DNA of 63,812 bases, filler included, from Choristocarpus tenellus KU-1152 (GCA_964200185.2; 10 parts of 10 records of this genome joined end to end with filler, not necessarily neighbours in it); one strand, 5' to 3'. Numbered from the whole stretch's first letter, positions 37,999 to 52,749 are shown. The notes: generated by a model not told the origin, from the sequence alone. Made by a program: numbers and translations.

Positions 37999-38090
37999 GG
38001 CCTAAGTATCTGGGGAGGGTTAGGCGTCCGTTTTGGGCAATTTTTTCGAAATTGCGATTTTGGGGTGATTTGCTTGCATGTGTCGGATTT
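37999..38090 (+). mobile_element. MITE family B, diverged partial copy
   Basis: ggcctaagtatctgggg..gtccgttttggg..tgcgattttggggtgattt..gtcgga. Confidence 0.65.
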
Positions 38091-38148
38091 TCAATGTTTT
38101 CAAAAGGGGTTGGCGGTAAGGGCATGTTGCCGTTGTGTTATCATGAAC

Positions 38149-38266
38149 AACGCTAAAAATACACAATGTTTTTATTTGGGGTTAGTTTTGTGTTCAGACT
38201 TGGGTTTTCACGAAGAACACTAAAAATACACAATGTTTTTATTTTGGGTTAGTTTTGTGTTAAGAT
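38149..38266 (+). repeat. Two-copy direct repeat of about 50 bp
   Basis: ctaaaaatacacaatgtttttattt.gggttagttttgtgtt occurs twice. Confidence 0.75.
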
Positions 38267-39888
38267 TAGGGTTAGTTAGGTTACCGATAGAGTTAGGTTA
38301 GCATGATGAAGGTCCAGCGTGTCACAGGGACGGATTTGGATAAGGTTCTTGGTGTTTGGTGGTTTGTTTCAGGGTTTGTAGATGGGCCTAGGGTAAGGGT
38401 CAGGGGAAGTTAGGTTGGGGGGGTGCGACCCATGCCCTTCGTAAAGTTTATGTAAAGCGTGAGATGTTTGTGTGATTGCTGTGTTGCTTTTTTGTGACGA
38501 ATTGACAGGGTTAGGAAAACGGTTAGACAATGCCTTGCCCTGTGTACATAAATGAAGGGTTAAGATATGGTTGCAGTTTGTGTAAGGGTTTAGTACAAAA
38601 AATGAGAAACAATGTAAGTAGGGTTAGAGGTTAGGGTTAGGATCGCCCCATGTCCACATTGCGGTGAATAGTGGATTCGGTGAGAACACATGTTGATATA
38701 ATATCCAGTAGTGGTTAGGGTAGCAAGGTTGGTGTATTTACGTGATGTGATTGCGTTGTAATCTTAAGGTTAGGAAAGTGAACGCGATTATTTAGCTGGG
38801 GCCGGGGGTTTACTACAGACAGGGGCACTGTTTCTTGCCAGTTATGTGCGAAGAAAAGGTTGGACAAACAGAGTTGCGGAAAAGATGAAGTATGGTGTTA
38901 GGTTTGGTCAAGGCAAGAAGGTTAGTATGGTGAGTGTTGGTTACGAAATAGAGAAGAATAAGTGGTCATTAAATAGAGGAGGTGTCGAAGGCAGGCATTG
39001 GCGAAGTGCTTGGAAACTTGGCCAAATGGAATGAAAAGAGTGGGTTATAAAATGTAATATTTTGGCAGTGTTTACATTGGCTTTGATACACTTTGCTTTA
39101 GTCAGATAAGCAGAACCGTCATCTCAAGTATCATATCTCATGTACTGACACCTCTGACTGCTCCACATAGATCCAATACCACAGCGAAAAGGCATAATGC
39201 ACCAGATCCAAACTGCATGAAGACGGTAGTAGGAGGCCATCCAACGCACAGTTAGCCCCAAATGGAACAAAACTAAAACGACCGTACTCCAAGCTCAATC
39301 AGAAACGAAGAAGGCTCTACTTCAACTGATGGGCATGTTGGTTTCGGCACTCCTTGCCCTTCTCCCACCAGTCTACGAGTTTGGGGTAGGCTTCAGACAG
39401 TCGGTGCGATAGGTTCAGTATTGTTGAATATTTCGCGTTCCACTTTTCTTGCTTCACGAGGCTTAGGAATATATGGCCTTCTTTGCGTGTAGAGGATGTC
39501 GAAGCCCTCCATGACCTCATCAAGCACATGGGGCTAAGAATGTAACCCTTAATGCCAAGACACTCCCGTGCCGCATTTACCATGAACAGGGTCCTTGCCT
39601 CTACCCCACTGGCCAGGAATGCGGAGCACAGTGCTTCCAGTTCCTTTCCGTCCTGCCCCACCCCAGCTCACCACCCACTCCCCTGACAATCCCTGGCACA
39701 TACAGCCCCTCCCCAACCCTGCTCCTTTGACCCTTGCCCAGGCAAACCCTGCCATGCAGGTAGCTACTACCCCACCCCACCTATCTGTTGGGGTCTGGAT
39801 GACAATGGGTACTACCACCTTCTGCTTTACTGCCATCACACTCTGTACCCCCCACCCCACTACCATCCCTACTGATTCCATCTCTGTG

Positions 39889-40002
39889 TGTTACAGGCGC
39901 CCCTCAAAGCTTACCTCCACAGGATGTATAGCTCCAATCTACGGGCCTATAGATGATACTGATGTACGTATAGGACTCCTGATGCACAAGTCGTCAGGTA
40001 TG
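39889..40002 (+). repeat. LTR-like dispersed repeat beginning TGTTACAGGCGCCC, copy 2
   Basis: Similar to 3876-3990; runs into the contig end. Confidence 0.55.
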
Positions 40003-40295
40003 NNNNNNNNNNNNNNNNNNNNNNNNNNNNNNNNNNNNNNNNNNNNTTAATTAATTAANNNNNNNNNNNNNNNNNNNNNNNNNNNNNNNNNNNNNNNNNN
40101 NNCCCAGATACTTTGACCCCGCCCTACGCCCAGATACCGCTACTAGTAGCACCAGCTGGGGTATCCATCACAACCAATCCTCCCCTACAGTTGTTCCTTC
40201 AACAGGTCAAACCCTATTCCCAACACAAAGCCCAGCACGGAGTAAGAAGTGCGTATAGCAGTAGTGGTCTCTCTTGCATCAACTCGGGCTAAAAC

Positions 40296-43200
40296 TTAGA
40301 CTGGCGAGCTCATCATTGTGGTAATATTCTCCCGCTGTGCATTGACATCTTGGAATACCTTGGAGAGCAAGAACCGCTGCAGCAGGTTGGCTTCAAGCAT
40401 TTCACGAACCGTTCTGTATGCGGGGCAAAAGAACAGTCTGCAGGGGGGAAAAATGCGAGGGTAATAAACAACAAGGTCACCATCGCTGTACAACGTTGCA
40501 CATCTTACAAGAACGCCACTAGTGTATCGCATTGTTTTTTCTTGATACCGGTACCCACTGTCGGTTTAGCGATAGCGCTTCAACTGTTCCTGCAATATAT
40601 TGTTCTAGGAAATGGCTGTCAATGCTACAACCTCCCATGTATCATCCACACAATGCTGTGCTGGTGCCTAAGATTGAAAGATTGCTTCCTTCTACTTCAA
40701 TGAGGGGGAATTAGATCCACATTTCTATCCACAACTTCTGAAGCGAAAACAATATAATGTATGCACAGATAAAACAGGAAAACAGGAAGAGACCGGGAGC
40801 CTCGACTAACTTCATCACCCACGGGATCAATGCTGTAGGACATGAAGTGCTCAAAGAATTTGCCACGTACGTCCCAAGCCTTTCTGAAAAACGTTTCGAA
40901 ACTTGGAGCTCTGTACGCCAATAGCCTTCTTCAAACCAAAACAAACAATAATCTAATCGGTTAAACCTTCCCAACCCTTTCAAACTTTCGTAGATAGAGT
41001 TTATACGAAGATGGAAAGGCTATTTAGAAATCGTGGAAGAAAGTGGGATTTGCCTCTTTTGAAGGATATCTAATCGAAACCATCTGCCAACCAACAGTGA
41101 TTTGACCATACACTACTGTTGGCAATGATCAGGTGTATGCCACAGATGTTGAGGCTGATCTATGTGCTCACCTTCGATTATATGCATCTAACGAAAAGAA
41201 GGATTCACGTCCCAGATGAAGCTGGTCCAATATCTTCATTTTGTCGTAGAAACTGATGAAGGGGGGTGGGATAAATAAATAAAATATTGTAATGCATGGT
41301 AACTTGATTGCCTTGAAAAGGAATCACACCGTGGTGAGGTAATGGCTGTGCCAACCTGTCAAATCAACTGTGGAATTCATATAGTTGACACCACCACGGT
41401 ATATATCATAGAATTCCACAGTACACACGTAGAAGCCAACGATGTGCAAACAAATGAGTATGATAATATATTTCCATGTTAGTTAGCATGCCTCAAGCTT
41501 TTCCTTTTAACTTCTTGCCCAAAGTATCTGGGGGGGGGCGGGGGGGGTCTACACCAGGGTGTCCATTAGGGTTAAAATCAGGAAAAGTGCATTTACATTA
41601 TCCATCCGATGTATGCAACCAAATCACACAAAAATCACGACATGAAAAAATTGACCCCAAATGGACATCTGACACCCCCCCCCAGATACTTTGAGTTTCT
41701 CTTCCTTACAGTAAAATAATTGATTCCTATAGTGGCCAATGATGCAGTATGACTGGGCAAGGAATGGTTGCTGTATTTTGAGCTTTGTCGAATTAAAGGG
41801 AGCCAATATTGGATATTGCCACAACTTTCCACTGATTCCTCATTCATCAGTTGCCCGAAATCTGAAATCTGCTGGATTTGGTCAGCGTGACCTATGAAAA
41901 TAAAGCCGTATATGTTCCACAACTTTCTGCCCATCTTTTCTTGTTTTTATGTTACTTCATTACTTAGGGTCTGTTTAGACGGGACTCTAACCAAAATACA
42001 CGAAAATATAATCAATAGAAACTACAGTATATAATACAACCGTGCCCAAAGGAGGTTCCCATTCCTAACTATCTTGAGGCCAGCGTCACACTCAGGAGAG
42101 AACAAACATAGGTCACAACTGCAAGCAGCTGCCTGTGATCTGTTGCCCTACTGTAGCAGCCCCTTTTGAGACCTGACCCACCCACTTGGTCATATTTGAA
42201 TGAAAACCATGATTTGTAGTAACTATTTACAAACAAACACCATAGATTCACCACTCTGCATTAACGACCTTTTGCCTCTAAAAAAGCAGAATGCATACAT
42301 GATTCTTAATATTTCTGCATGTTTCACTTCCTTCACCTAGAGGAGGGTGCACCACGATCACGCACCTAATGTTGACCTCCTCAGGAGATCCAGTTGCAAT
42401 GTACGCCTTGCTAATGAAGCAAAAGCCGTCAAACTCATCTGCTTCTCTTCCAATGGACTCACTAGCGCTGGAGAAGTCCCCCGTTCGGTATCTACACCCA
42501 TGGGGACACCAATCGATAGGGGCAAGGTGGGGCAAGTGAGACGGTGTGCACGAGCACATACCCAACTACTGATACACCTCTATACGTCATTTGATCTGGA
42601 GTTGGGGAGATTTACCACTCAATTATCCAAGACATATCAAGGCATTGATTTGCTCTGCACCACCACAAAATCAAACAACCTTGCGAAAAGAAACATGCTC
42701 AACTATATCAGAGGACTGAGTGCACTTATGCTATCTGGCATTTAACCAACTGTTCCTACTGCTGCATGGTCAAAAGCACACCTTCCACAAATTTTCCTCC
42801 CAAATAAAAAGTTCCCAAGGATTTCTACCCTAGCATCTCATCAAAACGCTAAGATGCATTTTAAGGTTACTATTCTTCGTCGCAATTTTGTTGCGAATGA
42901 AATCCTGCATCATAAAACATCTACTACTTTCTGTGGTGGGCTCTGCACATCTCCTGTCTACGACTGAATATGCTACGTTTGAGGAAAATGATCATTTTAC
43001 ATCCAAGCACCCAAGTGCAAGAGCAGCTATCACCTGAAGATTTGCACGACAATTATGAGGGGTTAGGGTTAGGGTTATCGCTTCCTTTCTAAATTTTCGA
43101 TCCCTCAAACGCCTAACACATTTTCCCCTATTTCGGTCACCATCGTGCATTTAGCTAACCTGGAAACCTCAACCAAGAACAGTACAGATTCATGACACAA

Positions 43201-46200
43201 GGCCTTTCGAGCAAACTCCTCAAAAGCTGAGGCCAGCATAGGTGTTGATGCCAGTCGCTCAAAGCTCCATCCCTCGTCGGGGGAGATTGATAGAGGTGAG
43301 GTGTTCTGGAAGGGGGAGCTTGTAGAAGTGATGTTCTCCTCACACAGCTTCTGTTCATCGATTTCCTCTCTTGTGTTAAAAGCATTTGAGGTAGTACTGT
43401 CTCGTACTGTAGAGGAGGATGTTCTTCTTGTTCTTGAATGTTCAAATGTGTTGTCCAATATTTTACACATGAGCATGGATGAGAGGCAAGGTAAAACGTA
43501 AAAAAAAGAACTGATTATACCAAAAAAGATTTAAACAAGTGCGCAACATGTAGTATTTGTTGTGGTAGACACAAATCTAGTATATTTCTTCGAAGAACCT
43601 TTGTTTCCCCCATAAGAAAAATAGTCTAATCACTAACGATCGAAAAAAAATCTAGTCATGTGGTCAGGCCCTGATCGCTCCTACTTACGTATACAATAAT
43701 ACATTGTATTTTGATTGCAAAAAGACTTCTTCAATTTAAACCCTTGTCCTATTTCATTGTGAACAATTGTGGATAAATTACCACACCTCGTACAACACAT
43801 TGCTCAATGCCACAAACAGCTTAATCCTAATATAATCATTGATTCATTTTAATCCTTGTGACCTGTATTGTTCACCCTTAAGGACAAGCGTTAGGATCGA
43901 TATTGCCGTGTAAATGTCCCCTTCCAGGACAACGCCCAGGGCCATTTTTGCTACGTAACATTTGCTGTTCAGAAAAGGTGAGGTTTTTTTTAACCAGTGT
44001 GTAACTTCCATTTGTAAGTTTGTAATGTCTATCCCCAGACAACGTTCAGGGTCATTTGGTGTAAAACACCCATCCTTCATGCTAACTGCTGGTGTTACTT
44101 GCTCTATAATATCCGTATTCCAAACAAGGATCACCCATGCCCCCTTCCGGGAAAAAGATTGGAATCATTTGCTGTACGATCCACTACACACTAAATATAG
44201 GGCAGTTTGTTCTATAACGTCCAATGTTCATCCAATGCCAGAGTCCATTTGCTCGATTGTTATATTGTCACTAATATGACCATTATTTCTCTCATTATAG
44301 ACTGTGCTTGCTCGACCCTACCTAGCCCCGACCAATGGTCAGAGGAACTACAAATTCACCTCTTCCCATTTATTGCGAACTAATTTGTTCTACTACAAAA
44401 CGTACCACTTCCACTGCCCCGTGCGTGTCTTTACATTGGGATCAACCATCTCACCTCTTGTCGCTCTACCTCCCTGGTATCTTGTGCAGTTCTCGCCTGA
44501 CCAAATTACAGCTATGTCATTACTACAATATATCTTTTCAGGGTCCTTTCTGTGGTTTAGAGACAGACAGGAGGTGCAGATGTACCTCTTCTGTTGTGCT
44601 TGCCATGTGCCCCATCAAACATTTCATTCCGTTTACTTTATTATTTCCGCAAGGTGACCGCTTCCGTGTTAAATGCTTTGGAAACTGTACTGAATGGAGA
44701 ATGAAATGGAGGAGGAAAGAACGATCTGACCCATCATCGGGAGCGAGAAAGTGGTCTGACCATATGCTGACCGCTATAATATCAGGAAATCACAGGGCGA
44801 GATGGGGATGAATGGGCAGACTTTGTTCGAGAATAGAATACATCGAGAGTACATTGTTATGTTAGTATACACATATATCGAAGAATATGGGCTCAATGAA
44901 GAACTTTACGTAAGTGTGACTGGAATTGATGATGAGATTACATATATATATTATGTATCTGTCCTAAAGTCGTGTGGGTAGATATGATACTTAGGTCTAT
45001 ACTAAAGGTTAGAAACAGGTCGGTACAGAATGAAGCATATTATTACAGGAGAGAGAGAGGAAATGAAGAAGTTGGTAGTAGTAGTAGAAGTAAAAGCCAT
45101 CAACCGTTGCAAGATGTTCTGCCATGAGTAGGTACAAATTGTTGAGATCCAAGAAGATTTCTAAGTTTAACAGAATAGATCGAGAAGTCCTGTTCTCCAC
45201 GTGCACCCTTCCTCATGCCTCCAACATTCAATGACCACTCACATTATTTCTGGACCAATATCTTGCAGGTATTTCGACCGAAGCCAGATTATACAACCTC
45301 GGTCCAAACATCTGTTTGTGTCAAATTGGGGGGAGAAGGGGGTGAGGAGATTGAGCCAATAATAAGTTTTCGAGGAGTCGAACACACACGATACCTAGAT
45401 CCTAGATTCCACTGTGAACGTAGCATCAGATTTTGATATATGAGCTTTAGCAACATGAACCTATAAACTCACCTCCCACAACACTATATAGTGGTGAGTG
45501 CAAGGGCTCGAAGTATCTGGGGGGAGGTTGCGGCTGTCCAGTTGGGGTCAATTTTTTCATATCGCGATTTTTGGGTGATTTGGTTGCATACATCGGATGG
45601 ATAATGTAAATGCACCTTTCCTGATGTTTTCCCAAATGAATACCCTAGTGTAGACCCCCCCCCTCCCCCAGATACTTTGGGTCCAAGACGAGATTTCCAT
45701 TGATTTGTTGCCACAAAAAATAGCATTAGGTCGAGGGAAATGGATAATGCTTGTGCGAGAAGGAGAAGGAAATCATTTGAACAAACGTCCGGAGACCACT
45801 CACGGAAGACAAATGGACCTCCTTTGGCTTGGGTTCTTCGTCTATACATGAAATACGATGCCGTATCAGTTGGTGCATGGATAAACAATTGTTGACCTGT
45901 AGGAAACATTTTGAACACTTTTTCGTTTGGGTTTGTTGCTCATTCTGTTCATCATTGACCTCTTAAGTCCTGCATGATGTAGAGGTCTAAAGGCCTTGCC
46001 TGAATACTTTTCCAAGAAGATGTTTCATTGGTGAGAGGACCTTCTTATTATTTCAAGGTCTGCATGCAGAGTACAAACATACACCCCAAAATATGTAGCC
46101 CTTTACTCTTATTCATCTAGTGTACGGATGATCTGATGTGGTCTATGTATGCCCTACATATAGCATGAACTGAAACAGGATCTAGTTGACCTATCTTTAT

Positions 46201-49200
46201 TGATAATTGTGTATCTTATATGAATCATGAACTCCGCTCTTTGTTGAGGCGAGTCCTCACTCTGCTGAAGCGAACAAGTGAGGATTGATTTTGTCTGTGC
46301 TTCCTGTGAAATTACTTTGATCATCATGTACCACAGGCATGCTCTCTCACTTATTTCTGTTGGTGTTGCCCCTCACTGTATTGTCCCTGCGGACACCACG
46401 CCTGCTGAGAAGAACTTTGTCAGCATATTCCCTCTTGGCAGCTGACTGGGGGTCGAATCTTAGCCTCCACATTGGCTCGACAACACTTGATGAGTAAAGG
46501 GACAGAATGTCAGAGAGTGGAATGTATTGGTCAGGGATACATTAGGAGTGGCAAGGAATTAGGAAAAGCACTACTTGGGCACTGAGAGGTTTGATTTGGG
46601 AGATTGTTTTGTAAATGTTGCTGATTGACCTGGTCGGTACATGAGGTTGGGCAAATTATGTGGGAGGTGGGTAGGTCAACCAATCATAATTGAATAACTT
46701 TGGTATACATTGTTGGTAGTGTGGGTAGTCTAGTTGGGTGTTAGACGCCACGTAATGGAAGATATGAATACCTCACTTTTAAGGACGAATAAATCTCTCA
46801 CCAAAGTGATGATGCAGATGGGAAAGCATTCATGCTGAGCATCGTGTATTAAGAGGCATCCTAGGAATGGGCTGCACCTTCGGAATCTACTGTGAGGGAA
46901 ATTGAGTCTTTTGTCAAGTTGAACTCTGAACTAATCCCTTGCTAGAATACTACAAATATAATATACATTAATAATAATACTGGTGCCCCCTGCCGAGTGT
47001 CTAAATATTGATTAACAACATCTTATCTCAACTGTTGATAGCACGAACTTGTATATTGGCGTAGATCAAATATCCGAAAGGAGTGAAAGTATCTTAGAGG
47101 GAGGGTACGAGTTTTTCCCTTTTTGTTCATTTGGGGCTTGGCTTCCCTCGGGGTTTTTATTGATATTTTACCTACTCTGAAATGTTTCGGAGTAGGTAAA
47201 ATGTATACGTTATGAAAAGGTGTGTCCAGAACATGAATATTGACGCTTCCTAACAAACACAATGACCAAAATTACATTAAAATTGTAACATTGGATTTGG
47301 CCCCAAAATGGACGCAGTTCTACCCTCTAAGAAACTTTGGCTTAAAGATGAAGAGATTTTGGAAAAATAACACAAAAAATATTATGAGAAAAACGTCTAA
47401 GTTAACCCTATCACACACCATTCACCAACAACCATGCCATCCGCAGATATGTTATTCTACTAGTTTAACCTCGCAACAGCCGACATGTAGGGCGCAGAAT
47501 GTCTAGCTATCAAAAATCACAACGAACAACCAATGTCTCACGTGATGAGAAATATTAAGTCTGACGTAACGTACGCCATGTTGACTGTGCTGAGATATGT
47601 CTTGACAGTGGGGCTCCCATGCGCAATGACCAGTTTGCTGCCAACTTGACAAGGAGGTTGGGAATTTTAAGCAAGTAAAGCAAGAGAAAAAATAAGGTAA
47701 TGTATCCACACGAAAGATGAATGAGCATGGGAATGACATGTGAAGCAGTTGGGCACTAGATGGAAGAGGAGACTCTTTTCTTGTCGCTCTGTTCCCACAT
47801 TTGAAATGTGTTACGTAGTAAGCACAGTATGCAATATACAGAGTGGCAGTTGTAAGAAAAAGATGTCTGAGGGTAGCTGTCTTCAGGACATCGTAAATAC
47901 GAGACGAGATAACACACTGGTTGTGTATTGTGTGCCATGAAGGAGCATGAGAGCTAAAACAAACTTATTCAAAATTTATACTCTGAGTAGCTGCCTATGA
48001 ACACAATGGAGTTGAGTACACACAAATACACGTATACATAAACATGTAATGGAGTACGTCGAGCACGTATCATTGCAACTAATTACTATGTTGGAACGTT
48101 CTGAAAATATTGCTAATACTGTTTTTCCATGTGTAGTAGGACTTCTCCTCCTACAGCATGATTCGAGTGGGGCACAAGACAAGGGAGAGAGGGAGTTTGC
48201 AGCACTATCATGCCAAGTACATCTATCTGGACTGGGTAAGTATTTGGGAGGTATTTGGGCATATTGCTGGTTCATGTATTGTGTAGGATAGAATTATTAT
48301 GATCCAATGTACTCTAGAGGAGGTGTTGAGCATATGCGAGAAGTAGGCTGCATCTCAGCAAGAGATTGTACTCCTATACTGCACACCGGCTGAGATGAGA
48401 AGCATTCCCATTGCCACCACCAGCTCCTTACTGATACTATAGATGTCATTCACCTTTCTGCATCAAATAAGTGGTACAGTTCAAGGGGAAGACGGAAGAA
48501 ACAGGCGGTGATTCGAAGTTTACAAGAACAGACGTACAGTCACAATAAACTATACACCCACAAAACGAGCAATAAAAACCGGCTTACACACATTAAGCAG
48601 GGATGATATTGGCATGAATCTACCTCGGGATGTCTGATGGACACCATCAAGCTTCACACTCCACAGTCTCGGGGTAGTTGAGGAAAACCCTTGGATATAT
48701 CAGGAAGAAACAGCTGATGTGGATAGGTTCCACTTCGTAATATTTACTTCATTGATGATTTTGTGGGCACTTACTCAACGACTGCTGATTCAGGTCGCCC
48801 TGCCACTGAATGGAGCTGCCAAGACCCTCCTAGTGCGACCCTATAAAAGAGGGAGTATCTATCTACGAGATAGTAATCAAGTGCTGCAAATGTGAGGCTG
48901 ATAACTAGCATATGAATTCTCTAAATACCACAAGGTCATTCATTTTTTAAACAGCCAACTAATCCAAATGTGAAGGACAAACTAGGTCCGTATTGCTATG
49001 AGATGAAATTTCAGTCGCTGGCGGACAAGTCTGAGGGGTAGAAAGTGAAAGGAATTGAGGGAGAAGAAGGGAAAGGACAAGGTTGGAAGACAATAGAGAA
49101 GAATGAATGCCCATAAACAAACCTCCACAGCAACAATCAATGCATGTATATTTATGTTTCAAGACAAGAGAGATTTCTTCACCCACACCTCTGCATACGA

Positions 49201-51523
49201 TACACTATTGTCTCTTACCGGATAAGGGGAAACAAGGACGCTAGCACCAATGCAGTGACAATCTTGATGGTCTGAAGAATGTCAAACCGTTTTAGTTCAC
49301 TATCACTGACAACAAATGCGAAGAAGAGTCCCGGGAGAGGTGGCGCAGGACAAAAATGAGGAGAGCGGACAGTAGCAAAAGCCGATGATGTACTGAAGAA
49401 GACTGTGCAGTTAGGTGTGTATAATAAAGCGATCCTTATTTTATACCTCGACAATTGTATCAACCACAGTTTAGTCTATCCTTAGCGTACAGGGCAACAT
49501 GATGAAGAGAGAGGAGTTTCTGGAATATGGAGTATAACGTACTCAAAGGTGAGGACTGGGAATTGTGTAAGGTAAAAGCTCTTGTTGACTCTCCCAATCA
49601 GAAATGGCCACCTCAAGAATCTAGACTGTTGTGAAAAGGATGCTGGTACGTAATATTGACAGCAACAGAGCAGTTAGGACCCATGACGGTGCCTTTATCA
49701 CAACCACTGTCGCCATGAACCCCATTTATCGAAGATTGAAACAGGGGGAGGCTATAACATCCCACCTAAAATACTATCATCCTCCACGCTTGTGGTCAAG
49801 TCATCTAATGTATTGGAGGATGATGGATATCGAAGGATTTACGCCTATACCCCTGTCCAAGAGATTACCCATTTTAGTCTGCCCTCTCAACTCATGACTG
49901 CAAACAGTGCATCTTCTCTGTGTCTACAGAGAGCAAAATTACAAATGACAGTAAACTTACAGCGGATCCAAAGTTTGTTCCAGGTAAATGGGAATAGTCA
50001 TGCAGGACATCGCCAAAAGAAGAAGTACAATTATATGATTCCTTTCCTGCATTGGGAGATACAAATGCGATTTAGAAAAAAGGACAGATGAGATTTGATG
50101 CAAACATTTTTTTCAGCATTATACATTCAGTAGTCAACCAATATTGCAACCGATGAAGATTCCTCCTTTTCTTGAAAAACATGCTGTGTTTTCAAATGAG
50201 AAGATATTGAGTGGGTGACAGGCAGGCTGTAAGAGAATTAAGAGGGCATTCTGAGGTAGAAATTATATCCAATGCGCAGGCAGGGTCCAACCCGTAGAAA
50301 TTGTATGGAACTGGTCTAGTCCAATCAAAACACTTCGTTGGCCCGATCACAATAATGTAATAATTATTGGCAGTGCACATATGGGAATAAACGTTTGCTC
50401 TAGGAAGACACTATGACACATTGGTAATATATAAAAAGGTTGAATTATCTGAGGGGTGAACTAGCCGACCAGATATCATTTATTTCTCGACTGGGTCATG
50501 ACTGCCACAGTCCAGTCAAACTGAATTCTCCGATAGTCCAGGAATAGCTCTGTGAAAACGTTTTTGTACCGGTCCAAACCAAAACCCGGCCCTGTTGAAT
50601 CCCTTGCAACGTGCGACTGACCCTGTCGACATATATCGGAATCTGACCAGTCCACGGACCAGACCGAAAGCTTTTTTGGCAAACCTGGTGGTCCGGACTA
50701 GTCAGAAAAGTCTGGAACTGGATGGGTACACATTTGGCTATATTGTAGTTCCTGCAAAAAGCCCTTATATGCCCCTGGTAGAAATCCGACAGAAGGGAGC
50801 ACGTGAATGTGACAAACCGATACAACAGTTGGGACAGCCTAACTACCTGTGCATTACCGAGGGATAACAGTATTTTACCTATGTTTGGTACCTGGTGACC
50901 ATTCCACCACATACCTACGCCATGCCTGCAATGCAGTAGTTGCCACAAATAACAATCTATCCACTACATGCAGATATCTCACTTGAAAGACCCAACCCCA
51001 AAACACTGTATTATTGACAAATTTGCCACTAAAACCTAACAGTAAATGATCTTTTCCTAGAGATCATTATTGATATAATCTCGAGTCTCGTAACAATGAT
51101 CCCCAACTCTGTCCTCTGAGCACACTGCCCATAATCTTTCTTACCAGATAAACCCACCCTATTCATTTCCCCTATCGCTTGTTTTTCCAGTTTTCACAGA
51201 ACATCATGAAACTCTCAATCCTGACCCTGTCCTTCCAACAACTCATTGTGCATTATCTTCCAGCAAGGTTAACTTCCTCTCCCAATAAAACACCACAAAA
51301 AATACCAAAGTTGTCATTGTTGGTCATGGAACACACCTCACGCAACCCTTGTCATAGGTAGCCTAATGTGCTTCCCCACAGAATTCTCTTGAGGGATGGG
51401 GGTTGTTCTCACCGGAATAAGCCACGTCAACAAGTGCTTGGCCCTGGGGTTAAACACCACGACAAGGCGTACTGACCGAGATATGTAACTGCCCGTGATA
51501 AGTGGGAAGAAGAAGAAAACTGC
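40296..51523 (-). CDS. 7TM-RGS protein (multi-pass membrane domain fused to a C-terminal RGS domain), multi-exon, 5' part incomplete
   Basis: TM-region exons: 51523-51413 (AVFFFFPLITGSYISRSVRLVVVFNP), about 49305-49219, 48457-48387 (KVNDIYSISKELVVAMGMLLISA), 46485-46377, probably 45896-45804. RGS exons, spliced in phase: about 43430-43160 (WSFERLASTPMLASAFEEFARKALCHESVLFL), 42491-42366 (YIATGSPEEVNIS), 41252-41172, 40437-40296 (VREMLEANLLQRFLLSKVF..stop). Some internal exons are unresolved; a further TM exon may lie near 52505-52575. Confidence 0.85.
41516..41697 (-). mobile_element. MITE family B, full copy (intronic)
   Basis: tgcccaaagtatctggggg ... cccagatactttgagtt. A 17-nt B end also sits at 40103-40119. 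Confidence 0.88.
43844..44260 (-). mobile_element. Decayed LINE RT remnant (intronic)
   Basis: VSMKDGCFTP (resembles GVKQGCxLSP) and CYVAKMAL..EGDI (resembles LYADDMAL..EEDL) at the expected spacing. Confidence 0.4.
45505..45683 (+). mobile_element. MITE family B, full copy, TSD CAAG
   Basis: caag|ggctcgaagtatctggggg ... cccagatactttgggtc|caag. Confidence 0.92.
47081..47343 (-). mobile_element. MITE family A, full copy, TSD AAAG
   Basis: aaag|gagtgaaagtatcttagaggg ... accctctaagaaactttggctt|aaag. Confidence 0.9.
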
Positions 51524-52749
51524 CTGTAGCATCCAAACAAGTATGGCAAAGTTCATGAGCTCTTCTGTGGGCTGGCAGTCGGTTAACTCATTATTCACTC
51601 ACCAGACACATGACACCCAATGTGGAAGCACATCAAGTATGTGCAGACAGCATGGACACGAATGAACTAGACAGTCGCATCTAAAAAAATAGGGTATGAG
51701 GAAACTCTGCATGGTGAATGCACCCTACTGGTCGATAGTGATGTGTAGGCTGTGGTATTGGGCAAGATGTTACTCTTGACTATCCTGGAGTACATGTCGC
51801 CTACCCCCTACGTCTTGGCATGAAAAAAAAACACAAGAGATAACAGCAGGGAGTAGATAAATCGAGCAGATTTCATATAGGAGTGGTTAGGGGTTTGATC
51901 GTTATCGCTGGAGGTACACATCGCAGAAGATGAAATTATCAATCAAGAGAATTGAAAAAGTCTATCAAGACTTTGGACACTCCTGTTTTAAAGGTATTTT
52001 TACGATTTTTCAGGATTTCACACGCGTGCTGCACACAATCGTGCATTGATGCTCTTGTGCTTATTGCACGAGTCTGTATGTGTCCATAGAAGTAGGAGTA
52101 ACAGAAACTCAATTTGACAGGTATAATCCTCGGAATATATATAGAGTATCAATAGGAAAAGTCGAGCGTAAAATATCAATAGTACATGAAAAATATCCAT
52201 ACTTACAACATAAAATAATATTTGCTTTCATTTTGTATTGTTCCATAACGATATTGTAGGCAATACCTACTACTCTCAAACGTGGCCAATTTTGTTATGG
52301 GCTCTGCATCAACAGAAGACAATGATTTGGTCAGCTGCGCACACGTGCTGAATCAGGTTCCCTCCAAGGAGATCCTGTAGGTAAGGACAGCTTGGTGTAT
52401 GGGTAGCATGATTGCGTTCAGCCAAATGATGAAATTTCACCTTCCTCTTGTATCCAATTGACTACATTTGTTGACAAGATGACAGCTATTTCAATATCCT
52501 ACACACCTCTTGCATGTCGAAGCGTCGCATACGAGGAGATGGATAATGCCAAGACGAGGATTGCACATCCACGCTTCACAGTACCCCCTTCTGGTGTAGT
52601 AGCTCAACAGGTGGTTCAGAATCAGTTTCTAGTTTCACCTGCTTCTAATGCGGGTTGAGATTCTACCAGCGGGGGCCCTCTCACAGATGGGTCAACTTGT
52701 CCTGGGCAGGGGAGTTATGAGAAGTGAAAACGCTGTTGTTCAATGGAAG

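Noticed and set aside
39317-39661. 114-aa protein-like ORF
   Set aside because: No ATG start, no convincing splice sites and no motif. It could be TE debris, but I cannot support a call.
43058-43076. Short TTAGGG runs (also near 38630 and 56985-57008) as telomeres
   Set aside because: Only 3-4 units each and internal to contigs, so they are interstitial simple repeats.
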